DNA of 64,000 nucleotides. Source: Candidatus Levybacteria bacterium RIFCSPHIGHO2_02_FULL_40_18 (GTDB lineage Bacteria > Patescibacteriota > Microgenomatia > Levybacterales > GWA1-39-11). The stretch is taken from contig MFOC01000002.1 of assembly GCA_001782235.1 (NCBI GenBank), positions 42,912 to 106,911 of the forward strand, in the 5' to 3' direction. Position 1 is the stretch's first letter; every line of letters starts with the position of its first letter. Below, one piece after another: positions 35,768 through 43,572 of the stretch. The notes under the pieces were generated by a model. That model saw only the letters and a program-made list of their open reading frames with translations, did not search any database and was not told the DNA's origin. A program made the position numbers and the translations under genes.

Positions 35768-36433
35768 TTACTCTAAAATTAGATTTTTTATCTTTGCAAG
35801 ATTTCTCTGGTAACCAACCCCATCATTAATAAATTCGCTATATTTCTTCGATCCACCAAATATATTCAAAAGGAATTCAGTTTTTACGAAACTCGCACTT
35901 TTATCTTGGAAGTAAAACTGATAAGACGTATAGGGGTAATTTTTAAGATCGCCAACTTCAATAATATGTGCCGTTACAGGATTTAGATGAATATAACGCG
36001 ATATATGCATAAAATCCTCAGTATCCTCTATCCGCCTACTCTTAAAGGGATTTTGAAACAAACTCCCGTTTCGATCATGTTTTGTATTAAAATATTTGGC
36101 AAAACTATTTTGGACATTAGATGCGAAGATTTTTATTCCATCATCTCGTAATTGCTCCACCAATAAATGGTAATGGTTAGGCATAAAAGCAAATGCATAA
36201 ATTTCGACTAATGGAAAATGATCTTTCACACCAGACAGATATGAATCTCTTAGCTTTATGGTCATTTGTTTAAACTTGGAATATCTCATTGACTGTTGAT
36301 ATCGATAGAAATCAACCGAGTTAACAATCTGAGTCAAATGCCTTAATGAAGAGAATATTGTTTCATTTCCTACGGACTTATTGAAGATATGATAAATTTC
36401 CCCAGTAGCCAATACATCTCTTTTTGCCGACAT
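35768..36433 (-). CDS. REP-associated tyrosine transposase (Y1_Tnp/RAYT)
   Basis: YHIFNK, MPNHYHLL (HUH), LFQNPFKS and YIHLNP motifs. Confidence 0.9.
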   Translation of the reverse strand: MSAKRDVLATGEIYHIFNKSVGNETIFSSLRHLTQIVNSVDFYRYQQSMRYSKFKQMTIKLRDSYLSGVKDHFPLVEIYAFAFMPNHYHLLVEQLRDDGIKIFASNVQNSFAKYFNTKHDRNGSLFQNPFKSRRIEDTEDFMHISRYIHLNPVTAHIIEVGDLKNYPYTSYQFYFQDKSASFVKTEFLLNIFGGSKKYSEFINDGVGYQRNLAKIKNLILE

Positions 36434-36438
36434 ATCTC

Positions 36439-36467
36439 AGACTACTATAGAATCCGTAGGGTGTCAA
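36439..36467 (-). promoter_or_regulatory. Putative promoter of the RAYT gene, overlapped by a degenerate REP
   Basis: TTGACA-17-TAGTCT ending 5 nt before the ATG. Confidence 0.55.
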
Positions 36468-36560
36468 TACAATACCACCCGTCGGGTGTATTCGTTTGGA
36501 CCCGTCGCTCAGTCCGCCCCAATTAATCCGCCTCATTAGCTTTATTGTATCAAAAAAACG

Positions 36561-39500
36561 TTATTGTGGAATGATGGGGTGGCCGTCTTTGAAACGGATT
36601 ACTTCTTCTATGCTTCCATCGTCTTTAAATTCGAATACATGATCTTGAACTGAGGTTCCTGCAAGACTCAAAGCCTCAGGAAGATTTGAATGAACATATA
36701 CTTTTAAGTTGTCATTTTGGAAGGCAAACCAAAGCGCATCAGAAAGGCCCACGGGAAATATCCACGCCTCCCCTGTTTTGATCGAAACATTTACAAACCT
36801 AAATCTTAGATCATTTTTTGACCATGAATCGGAATAGAGCTCATCGATTGAAACAAAGAACTTCTGTACCTTCTGTCCTGCAGTCTGCCAATCACCGTGA
36901 ATTTGCTGAACCTGGATGATATGGAAGAGTGAAAAAATGGCAATCAAAACACCAACGCTCATAATAGCTATGTCTCGTCCATAGGAAGTTAGATATTCGA
37001 ATATCTTTCTGATTACCAAACCCAGTATCAAAATCAGCCCTAGTGTTGGAAGATAGCTGTATCTTGAGGTAATATTCCCAAGCCCCAAAAAAGGAAGGAG
37101 AGCTATCACAAAGAATAACATACCAAATACGGTCACCTTTCTTTCATCTGCGGATAGATATTTAGGAATTATTTTGTATGCAAAGTAAGAAGCACCCAAG
37201 ATCAAGGGAACTAAGACTGCCGCAAGCAAAAGATTATCCCGAAGCCCCGTTCGCAGTGCCGAATACACCGGGAACGAGGAAGGACCTAGAGCCGTTAATA
37301 GAAGATATCCGATTATATTACCGAGAACATTGAACGGTAACTTTATAATACTGTAACTGTAATCTCCGCTAAACCAGTGGCTTCCTGAAGCAAGTCTTAC
37401 CAAAAGATAAACTAAAATCGGAGAGAATAAAAATATGTGGCCCGACTTTTTAATGATCTTTCCTATTGATCCAAATCCTTCCTGAGCGACTTTATAGGCA
37501 ATTATTAGAAGCGGAGTCACAATTCCTACTTCGTGGAAAAGGAAGCCCAGGGATATGAAAACAATAGTTGCAATATAATATAGTGGATTCCTTTTCTCAT
37601 CCCAAACAGAAAACGCCAGAAGTGCGAGAAGCGCAAAAGCCGCGTTGAACAGATATCCGATTGAGGAGATCCAAAAAACGGCTTCTTGATACCCGCTCAT
37701 AAAAAGGAACAATAGTGCCGAAAGACCTGCAAGAATATTGTTCTTGAGGATCTTTCTTGCCAATAAATAGAATAAGACCGAAACTAAGAAATGCAAGATA
37801 AGCGAAGTTATATGGTATACAACCTGATTAAGCCAAAATATAGGATACATTGCCGAAAAGAATATTTTTGTACCGGGCCGGAAGAAAAATCCCTGAGAGT
37901 CAAGAAAATATTTGTAAATTCTCTCGAAAATTGATTTACAGGATGAATAATCACAGTCGGCCGCCCACCTAAACCAGGTAAAGTCGTCTCCTGTGAAATA
38001 GTTGCTAATCATTGGCGAGAATATTACAATTGTTGCAAGCAGCAAATAAAATATAAACGCATATGTTGAAATTGCCGCTTCCTTAAGTTCTTTATACAAA
38101 TCCACAGGTTTTTTTTGATATAAAGCGAGTGTTCCAAGAACTATGCCAGTCAAAAGCCACAGGGAAAAGGCGATTTTTGATGCCTCAAATACATCAATTA
38201 GAGTTGCATTAAACGCAAGACCAATAACTCCCGCAACATATCCTAAAACAAAACTTCTAACAACTCTATTTCTTACCTCTGGTAAGACTTTCTTTATGTA
38301 AATGCCTATTGTTAAGAATATGCCAAAAAAGGAGGCAAGCCCTAAAAGGCCTGTTTCGCCCAATATCCTAAGATAGTTATTATCAACGGCAAGACTGACT
38401 GATCCATATCCGCTTCCTAAAAATACATTCTTGGCAAATATGGCAAGAGTGCGGGGCCACTCCCCCTGAAACCGTGTGGTAAAGGAAAGGTCGTAGGCCG
38501 AGGCCCTTTTGACAATAAAATTACCATGAAGAATTACAACTTCTGCAGACAGAGATGCTTCCTCATCCGGATCAAGTTCGTAGAAAAAATTTCCCAATCT
38601 TTTAACAACCGGTGATAATGAAAGATTTATGTAGCCCGTTCCTTGCGGTAAATTCTCTCCTGTTGAAACATTGCTTGCAGTTACAACCGGGACTTCTGAG
38701 GGAAACTTTAAGGGTTTAGTAAATACTGGATCGGTTGGCCTCTTGAAAGTAGATGAACGAGTAGATTCAACTTCAAGAATCTCGTCAATCTTTCCACCTT
38801 TCATTGCGTGCTGAACTTCACCCAAGTCTTTGACAAAACTTTGACCTATTCTTTTATCTTTAAAATATGAAAATGGGACAAATTTTACGTTTCCAATGGC
38901 ATTCCCTGTTTGAGCATCCACCAAAACGTCCGTTTCGCGGATAGTGCTACCAAACCTTGTAAAAATTGATGGTTGAAATATAACAGAGAGGACGGCGAGA
39001 GCAAAAACAGCGGGCAAAAAAACAAAAATCAACTTCCTCTTTACAAATAAAAGAACAAAGAAAAGAGCTATAAAAAGAACGACAAAAGATATTCTTGAAA
39101 CTGTCCAGAAAAGAACAATGCCGCCTATAACTATAGCTGCCGCAAGCCCTATTTTTACAAGCCAGTTTTTAAATCCAAAAAATAAACCAGCGAGTATTGA
39201 AATAGCAAGAACAAGATATGCTGCAAAATCATAATGCCCGGCAAATGTTGATGGCACGCGGGAAAGAGAAGATAGCTGAATCGGAATTCCTTTGGCAAAT
39301 TCCTCATTCATTGTAAGATACGCCGGTAATCCGAAAAACTTCTGTCCTATACCATATAGAGATACTGCGACTAAAGTTACCGCTAAGACGGTAATTGCAT
39401 ATTTTAAGAAACTCTTATCCCGCATGGCAGAATAGGCAACAAAAAATAAACTCATATACTCTATATGTCTGACATAAGCAAGATATGAAACATTAGGGAA

Positions 39501-39800
39501 TACGTTGGCAAGAGTTGGGAAAAGCAGCACTACTCCGTGAATTGTCGCAATTGCACCGATCGTCCAATATATTAATATGGGAACCGTTAATGGGGTTTTA
39601 ATAGTTATTTTCTTTCTAAACAAAAAAACTAACCATAAAAGTAACGCAAGTAGCACAACGAAATCCTCTGCTCTTACATAAACCCAAGTATTCCGGACAT
39701 CAAGAATTGGTATTTTGGGGAATAATGGAATAAATGCCAAAAGAAATAAGGTGAAAACAAATAAAATATTGTCGGAAATCCACGAGAAAATTTTTTTCAT
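36561..39800 (-). CDS. O-antigen ligase/polymerase-like domain fused to a GT-C-like domain
   Basis: N-terminal half: STFAGH, TVSR, GSGYGS, DNNYLRILGETG; C-terminal half: GDDF, FFRP, EAVFWISS, E..I. Confidence 0.75.
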   Translation of the reverse strand: MKKIFSWISDNILFVFTLFLLAFIPLFPKIPILDVRNTWVYVRAEDFVVLLALLLWLVFLFRKKITIKTPLTVPILIYWTIGAIATIHGVVLLFPTLANVFPNVSYLAYVRHIEYMSLFFVAYSAMRDKSFLKYAITVLAVTLVAVSLYGIGQKFFGLPAYLTMNEEFAKGIPIQLSSLSRVPSTFAGHYDFAAYLVLAISILAGLFFGFKNWLVKIGLAAAIVIGGIVLFWTVSRISFVVLFIALFFVLLFVKRKLIFVFLPAVFALAVLSVIFQPSIFTRFGSTIRETDVLVDAQTGNAIGNVKFVPFSYFKDKRIGQSFVKDLGEVQHAMKGGKIDEILEVESTRSSTFKRPTDPVFTKPLKFPSEVPVVTASNVSTGENLPQGTGYINLSLSPVVKRLGNFFYELDPDEEASLSAEVVILHGNFIVKRASAYDLSFTTRFQGEWPRTLAIFAKNVFLGSGYGSVSLAVDNNYLRILGETGLLGLASFFGIFLTIGIYIKKVLPEVRNRVVRSFVLGYVAGVIGLAFNATLIDVFEASKIAFSLWLLTGIVLGTLALYQKKPVDLYKELKEAAISTYAFIFYLLLATIVIFSPMISNYFTGDDFTWFRWAADCDYSSCKSIFERIYKYFLDSQGFFFRPGTKIFFSAMYPIFWLNQVVYHITSLILHFLVSVLFYLLARKILKNNILAGLSALLFLFMSGYQEAVFWISSIGYLFNAAFALLALLAFSVWDEKRNPLYYIATIVFISLGFLFHEVGIVTPLLIIAYKVAQEGFGSIGKIIKKSGHIFLFSPILVYLLVRLASGSHWFSGDYSYSIIKLPFNVLGNIIGYLLLTALGPSSFPVYSALRTGLRDNLLLAAVLVPLILGASYFAYKIIPKYLSADERKVTVFGMLFFVIALLPFLGLGNITSRYSYLPTLGLILILGLVIRKIFEYLTSYGRDIAIMSVGVLIAIFSLFHIIQVQQIHGDWQTAGQKVQKFFVSIDELYSDSWSKNDLRFRFVNVSIKTGEAWIFPVGLSDALWFAFQNDNLKVYVHSNLPEALSLAGTSVQDHVFEFKDDGSIEEVIRFKDGHPIIPQ

Positions 39801-39807
39801 AAAATTG

Positions 39808-39872
39808 AATAGCTAAATAGCTAAATGGCTACATGGTTTTTAACCATTCAACTATTCAACCATTTTAACTAT
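39808..39872. repeat. Tandem-octamer hairpin, same family as 6062-6144
   Basis: aatagcta aatagcta aatggcta catggttt / taaccatt caactatt caaccatt taactat. Confidence 0.88.
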
Positions 39873-40738
39873 ACTTTGAGCATCCTCTTGTATGTATCGG
39901 TTAAGTATTTATTATTTATGATTTTACCTAAAACTACAAGAGCAAAAGATTTAGAAAAAAGTAAAAACTTCACAAAACTATACGAAAAAGGATTGCCGTG
40001 TTTTTTTTGAAAATAGATTAATCCCTTATGAATGTTCCTGATTGCAAACCCGCGACTTGAACTGGCATAACCTTCGTGAATTACTTCGATTGAGGGATCG
40101 AATACAACCTCAAGTCCTTCTTTTTTAACTCTGTAACAAAACTCCATGTCCTCAATATACATGAATAAGTTCTCATCGAATCCGTTAAATCTTGCAAATA
40201 GGTCGCGACGAACAGCCATAAAACCACCGCTCACAAAATCTACCTGCTGATTTCTTCCTGGCGAGAATCTTATTCCGAACGTCTCATCTAAACCTAATGC
40301 TGTAAGAAAAACTTCCGATGTTTTTAAAAATTTACCTGCCGATTTCTCACTTTTTAGGTTTCTATTTAAAATCTTTCCCCCCGCCACCCCAACATTGACA
40401 TCTTCTTCGAATATAGAAACTAAATTATCTAGCGAACCCTTATTCCACTCACAGTCGGGATTTATAAACAGAAGGTACTCTCCTCGCGCTTCTTTTGCTC
40501 CGATATTAATCCCTTTCGCGAATCCAAAATTCTCCTTGTTCTCTATAATTTTGACTTTTGACTTCAAATTTTGACTTTTGACTTTTGAATTTTGAATTAT
40601 CTCTAATGTTCCATCGGTCGAATTATTATCCACAACAATAACTTCAAAAGCTTTGTCTTTATTAAATTTAAAGATACTCTCAAGAAGCCTTTCGATGTAT
40701 TTCGCTGAATTATACGTGACGATAATTATCGAAACCAT
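39869..40738 (-). CDS. GT2 glycosyltransferase
   Basis: VVDNNSTDGT, FINPD and GFDENLFMYIED motifs. Confidence 0.92.
   Translation of the reverse strand: MVSIIIVTYNSAKYIERLLESIFKFNKDKAFEVIVVDNNSTDGTLEIIQNSKVKSQNLKSKVKIIENKENFGFAKGINIGAKEARGEYLLFINPDCEWNKGSLDNLVSIFEEDVNVGVAGGKILNRNLKSEKSAGKFLKTSEVFLTALGLDETFGIRFSPGRNQQVDFVSGGFMAVRRDLFARFNGFDENLFMYIEDMEFCYRVKKEGLEVVFDPSIEVIHEGYASSSRGFAIRNIHKGLIYFQKKHGNPFSYSFVKFLLFSKSFALVVLGKIINNKYLTDTYKRMLKV
40549..40596. repeat. Heptamer arm (TTTTGAM) in frame in GT2
   Basis: ttttgac ttttgac ttcaaa ttttgac ttttgac ttttgaa ttttgaa (QNSKVKSQNLKSKVK). Confidence 0.9.
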
Positions 40739-41280
40739 GCTGCCCTTCCCAGACGATACGTGGGGTTTTTGAGTTTTCGCTCGCCAATTACTTTTGCCGG
40801 AACGCCGCCCACAATTTCAAACTCCCCAACATCGCGTGTAACTACTGCTCCTGCCCCAACCACAGCTCCTTTACCGATTTTTACTCCCGGCAAAATTATG
40901 GCGCGGGGCCCTATAAAAACGTAGTCGCCGATTTCAACAGGAGATGTTACGGCTTTAAAATTTTCGTCATTTATATCATGTTCTGCATTGTAGATCATTA
41001 CTTCACTCGCAATATCTACGTGATCACCAATTATTAATTTGTCTCGACCGTCCAAAACCGCGTTTTCTCCAATAATCGAATCTTGACCTATCGATATCTT
41101 ACATGCATCGTAAAAAACAGCACCCATGTGCAGGGTTGAGCCTTTGCCGATTTTCATGCCCTGAATCCTATAGAAAAACCGCCTTACGTGATGAAACGGA
41201 ATGTGACCAACGCATTTTAATACCATATTGTCACACTCTAATAGTATTGCCTTAAGTCTTCTTATGATTTTATTAAACAT
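40726..41280 (-). CDS. Hexapeptide-repeat O-acyltransferase
   Basis: IGDYVFIG, LPGVKIG and GGVPAK motifs. Confidence 0.9.
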   Translation of the reverse strand: MFNKIIRRLKAILLECDNMVLKCVGHIPFHHVRRFFYRIQGMKIGKGSTLHMGAVFYDACKISIGQDSIIGENAVLDGRDKLIIGDHVDIASEVMIYNAEHDINDENFKAVTSPVEIGDYVFIGPRAIILPGVKIGKGAVVGAGAVVTRDVGEFEIVGGVPAKVIGERKLKNPTYRLGRAAWFR

Positions 41281-41289
41281 ATATTTATT

Positions 41290-41417
41290 TAGAAATTGGT
41301 TAATAGAAATTTGATATTGGTTATGGAAATTAGATATTGGAAATTTGTATATTTTTAACTATTATCTATTTTCCAGTTTCCATTACCATTTTCCATTTTC
41401 TCACAACTATTTTCTAG
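41290..41417. repeat. Tandem-heptamer hairpin, homologue of 15812-15938
   Basis: TAGAAATTGGTTAATAGAAATT ... ACTATTTTCTAG. Confidence 0.92.
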
Positions 41418-42580
41418 CTTACTGGTTTTGCTGCTTCTTCCAAGGTGTGCAAAACCTGTCTTGCGCTCTTTTCCCAAGAAAACTTTTTAACCTGTTCGTG
41501 CCCTTTCTTAATCATGTCATCGCGAAGTTTTTTGTCTGACAAAACTTTTTCAATTTTCTCCGCGATGTCCGATACATCTTCCGGATTAAAGTAAATTGCG
41601 GCATCTCCTCCTGCCTCGGGAAGGGAAGAAACATTACTTGTTAAAACTGGACATCCGTATTTCATCGCCTCTAAAATTGGCAGACCGAATCCTTCATAAA
41701 GGCTTGGCAATACAAAAAGTTCTGCGCTTTCATAAAATGCCGGAAGCTCTTCATCGGTAACATTTTCTAAAAATCGAACCCGATCTTCAACTCCGTATCT
41801 TCTTGGCGCTTCGAGAATTTCCTCATACTGCCACCCCCGCCTCCCAACAATCACCAGTTTTAAATCTTCTCCCACCCCTGAGGTGAGGACGCTTTCACCT
41901 CGGGGGTGAATAACGGCCGAAAATGCTTCGACTAGTCGTACAATATTCTTACGAGGTTGAAGTGTCCCGACGAATAAAATAAATGTCTTTTCGATTGAAT
42001 ATTTTTCAAGAATTTCTTTTTTTGACATTTTAGATTTATTTGCCTCCTTAATACCAAGATAAGCTACGTGTACGCGAGCCGCAGGGACATGGTACTCCTT
42101 GATTATATCATCCTTTGAGCTCCGGCTAATGGTGATGATTTTGCGAGCGGAACGAACAGAATATCCTCCCCACAAGTTGAGTTGAAGCAGATCCTTCTTC
42201 TTAAAAAGCTTCGGGAAATGCTTATATGAAATGTCTAGAATTGAAATTACTTGAGGACAAGGGGCGAACAACGGACCATAGTGGGTTGGCGAGAAGAAAA
42301 CATCAAATTCTTGCTTGCGAATAGCAGGGCTTAAGGCAAAAATTGTCCAAAGAGGCTTATTTGGCAATATTTCGTAGCGCCATCCTTCCCGTTCGCGAGG
42401 CAAGTCGGATGTAGGTTCGACAGGCAAAAAAATGACATACTCGTTTTGTTTATCAATCTTGTTTAGTTCGATTAACCATTCAAAGGCAACCTCTGAACTT
42501 CCAACCCTGTTTGGTAATCCATTCAAATCATATCCAAATCTTGGAATAACTCCTTCGTATCCATTAATTCCTATCTTCAT
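41414..42580 (-). CDS. GT4 glycosyltransferase
   Basis: GTLQPRKN, EGFGLPILEAM and SSLPEA motifs. Confidence 0.94.
   Translation of the reverse strand: MKIGINGYEGVIPRFGYDLNGLPNRVGSSEVAFEWLIELNKIDKQNEYVIFLPVEPTSDLPREREGWRYEILPNKPLWTIFALSPAIRKQEFDVFFSPTHYGPLFAPCPQVISILDISYKHFPKLFKKKDLLQLNLWGGYSVRSARKIITISRSSKDDIIKEYHVPAARVHVAYLGIKEANKSKMSKKEILEKYSIEKTFILFVGTLQPRKNIVRLVEAFSAVIHPRGESVLTSGVGEDLKLVIVGRRGWQYEEILEAPRRYGVEDRVRFLENVTDEELPAFYESAELFVLPSLYEGFGLPILEAMKYGCPVLTSNVSSLPEAGGDAAIYFNPEDVSDIAEKIEKVLSDKKLRDDMIKKGHEQVKKFSWEKSARQVLHTLEEAAKPVS
41873..41908. repeat. Inverted REP doublet (REPIN-like) in frame in GT4
   Basis: CACCCCTGAGGTG-10 nt-CACCTCGGGGGTG; encodes HPRGESVLTSGV. Confidence 0.75.
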
Positions 42581-42583
42581 AAT

Positions 42584-42618
42584 TAGTATTAAGAATTAAG
42601 TATAAAGTATTAAGTATA
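42584..42618. repeat. Left heptamer arm (AAGTATW)x5 flanking the four-helix-bundle gene
   Basis: tagtatt aagaatt aagtata aagtatt aagtata; contains the gene's stop codon. Confidence 0.9.
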
Positions 42619-42978
42619 AGTCTGGGAAGCCTTTATTAAACCATTGAGTAGCTTGTGAACTAAAATTATTGAATTCTCAATTATCAAGAAGTTTTCATTA
42701 GATACATATTCAAGTTCTTTCGAGATAATCAGTTGATTATGTAACTCTGTTACGGATCCTAACGCAATATAGTAAAATTGATTTTTTTCCTTCTTGTTTC
42801 TTCTTGAAAATCCCTCAGCAATATTACTAGTTACTGAAATAGCGCATCTTCGCATTTGTGTAGTAAGAGCGAATAATTCTTCCCTTGGAAATTGTTTAGT
42901 AATCTTATAAATTAACAGGACAAGCTTTATACCTTCCTGCCAAGCTATAAGGTCTTTAAAAGTGACGATTTTTGTCAT
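42610..42978 (-). CDS. Four-helix-bundle protein (23S rRNA intervening-sequence protein / Avd-like family)
   Basis: FKDLIAWQ, FPREELFALTTQMRR, SNIAEG and GSVTE motifs; 122 aa. Confidence 0.93.
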   Translation of the reverse strand: MTKIVTFKDLIAWQEGIKLVLLIYKITKQFPREELFALTTQMRRCAISVTSNIAEGFSRRNKKEKNQFYYIALGSVTELHNQLIISKELEYVSNENFLIIENSIILVHKLLNGLIKASQTYT

Positions 42979-43010
42979 ACTTAATACTTACTTCTTTATA
43001 CTTTATACTG
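42976..43010. repeat. Right heptamer arm (WATACTT)x5 flanking the four-helix-bundle gene
   Basis: catactt aatactt acttctt tatactt tatactg; contains this gene's ATG and the upstream gene's stop. Confidence 0.9.
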
Positions 43011-43536
43011 TTGAGATTCCTGGATAGACAACACGTATCCTGCTCTCGTCTATCCCCAGAATCTCAAGTGCGTCTTTTTTGCTTGATTCAGAAATACAAA
43101 ACACGATATTGGACTCTTTTTTTACCCAAGAGAGTTTTCTTTTCTGAACTGAAACAATTTTTTGATCAGTCTCCTCCGGATGTTTATAAACAATAAGATC
43201 ATAAATTATAGTTACCTTTTTCGCTTTTCGCGCCGGCGGCTCTGTCCAATCGGAAGTAATAAACCAATCCACATCTCCCACAAACAGTTCTACCGGCAAA
43301 ATATGGAGCTTGTTCCATAATGTATCTAGAAGCGTCGGTGGGATTGGAAATTTGACAATTCGAACATTAATTGGAAATTGGAAATTGGAAATTGGAAATT
43401 GCCTTCGCAGGGAAGAAAAGAATAAAACAAATTCATGTTCGTCATTTTTAACCATTTCCCTTACCAAATTCGAAAGATAATTCGCTACTCCAGTATTGCC
43501 GTATGCAATCTGACTCACATCAATCCCGATCTTCAT
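43003..43536 (-). CDS. GT4 N-terminal domain only (truncated or stand-alone)
   Basis: MKIGID, TGVANY, IYDL; ends at VVYPG with no EGFG-type C-terminal domain. Confidence 0.75.
   Translation of the reverse strand: MKIGIDVSQIAYGNTGVANYLSNLVREMVKNDEHEFVLFFSSLRRQFPISNFQFPINVRIVKFPIPPTLLDTLWNKLHILPVELFVGDVDWFITSDWTEPPARKAKKVTIIYDLIVYKHPEETDQKIVSVQKRKLSWVKKESNIVFCISESSKKDALEILGIDESRIRVVYPGISTV
43369..43401. repeat. Perfect heptamer array (AATTGGA)x4.7 in frame
   Basis: Encodes QFPISNFQFPI; same unit as the hairpins at 15812 and 41290. Confidence 0.93.
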
Positions 43537-43572
43537 TTCTTAATTATAACTATAAAGCGACTTGGGAACAAA

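Larger units (their letters stand above)
35712..36507 (-). mobile_element. RAYT locus: HUH/Y1 transposase flanked by REP-like palindromes
   Basis: CACCCGTCGGGTG at 35731-35743 and 36476-36488; degenerate copies at 36451-36463 and 36499-36507; TAGTGGTACAC x2 at 35712-35733. Confidence 0.75.

Noticed and set aside
42610-42978. Diversity-generating retroelement suggested by the Avd-like gene
   Set aside because: No reverse transcriptase and no template/variable repeat pair with adenine-specific differences was seen in the window.
6062-43010. Tandem-repeat hairpins as CRISPR arrays
   Set aside because: Units are 7-9 nt, contiguous, without unique spacers, and no cas genes are present.
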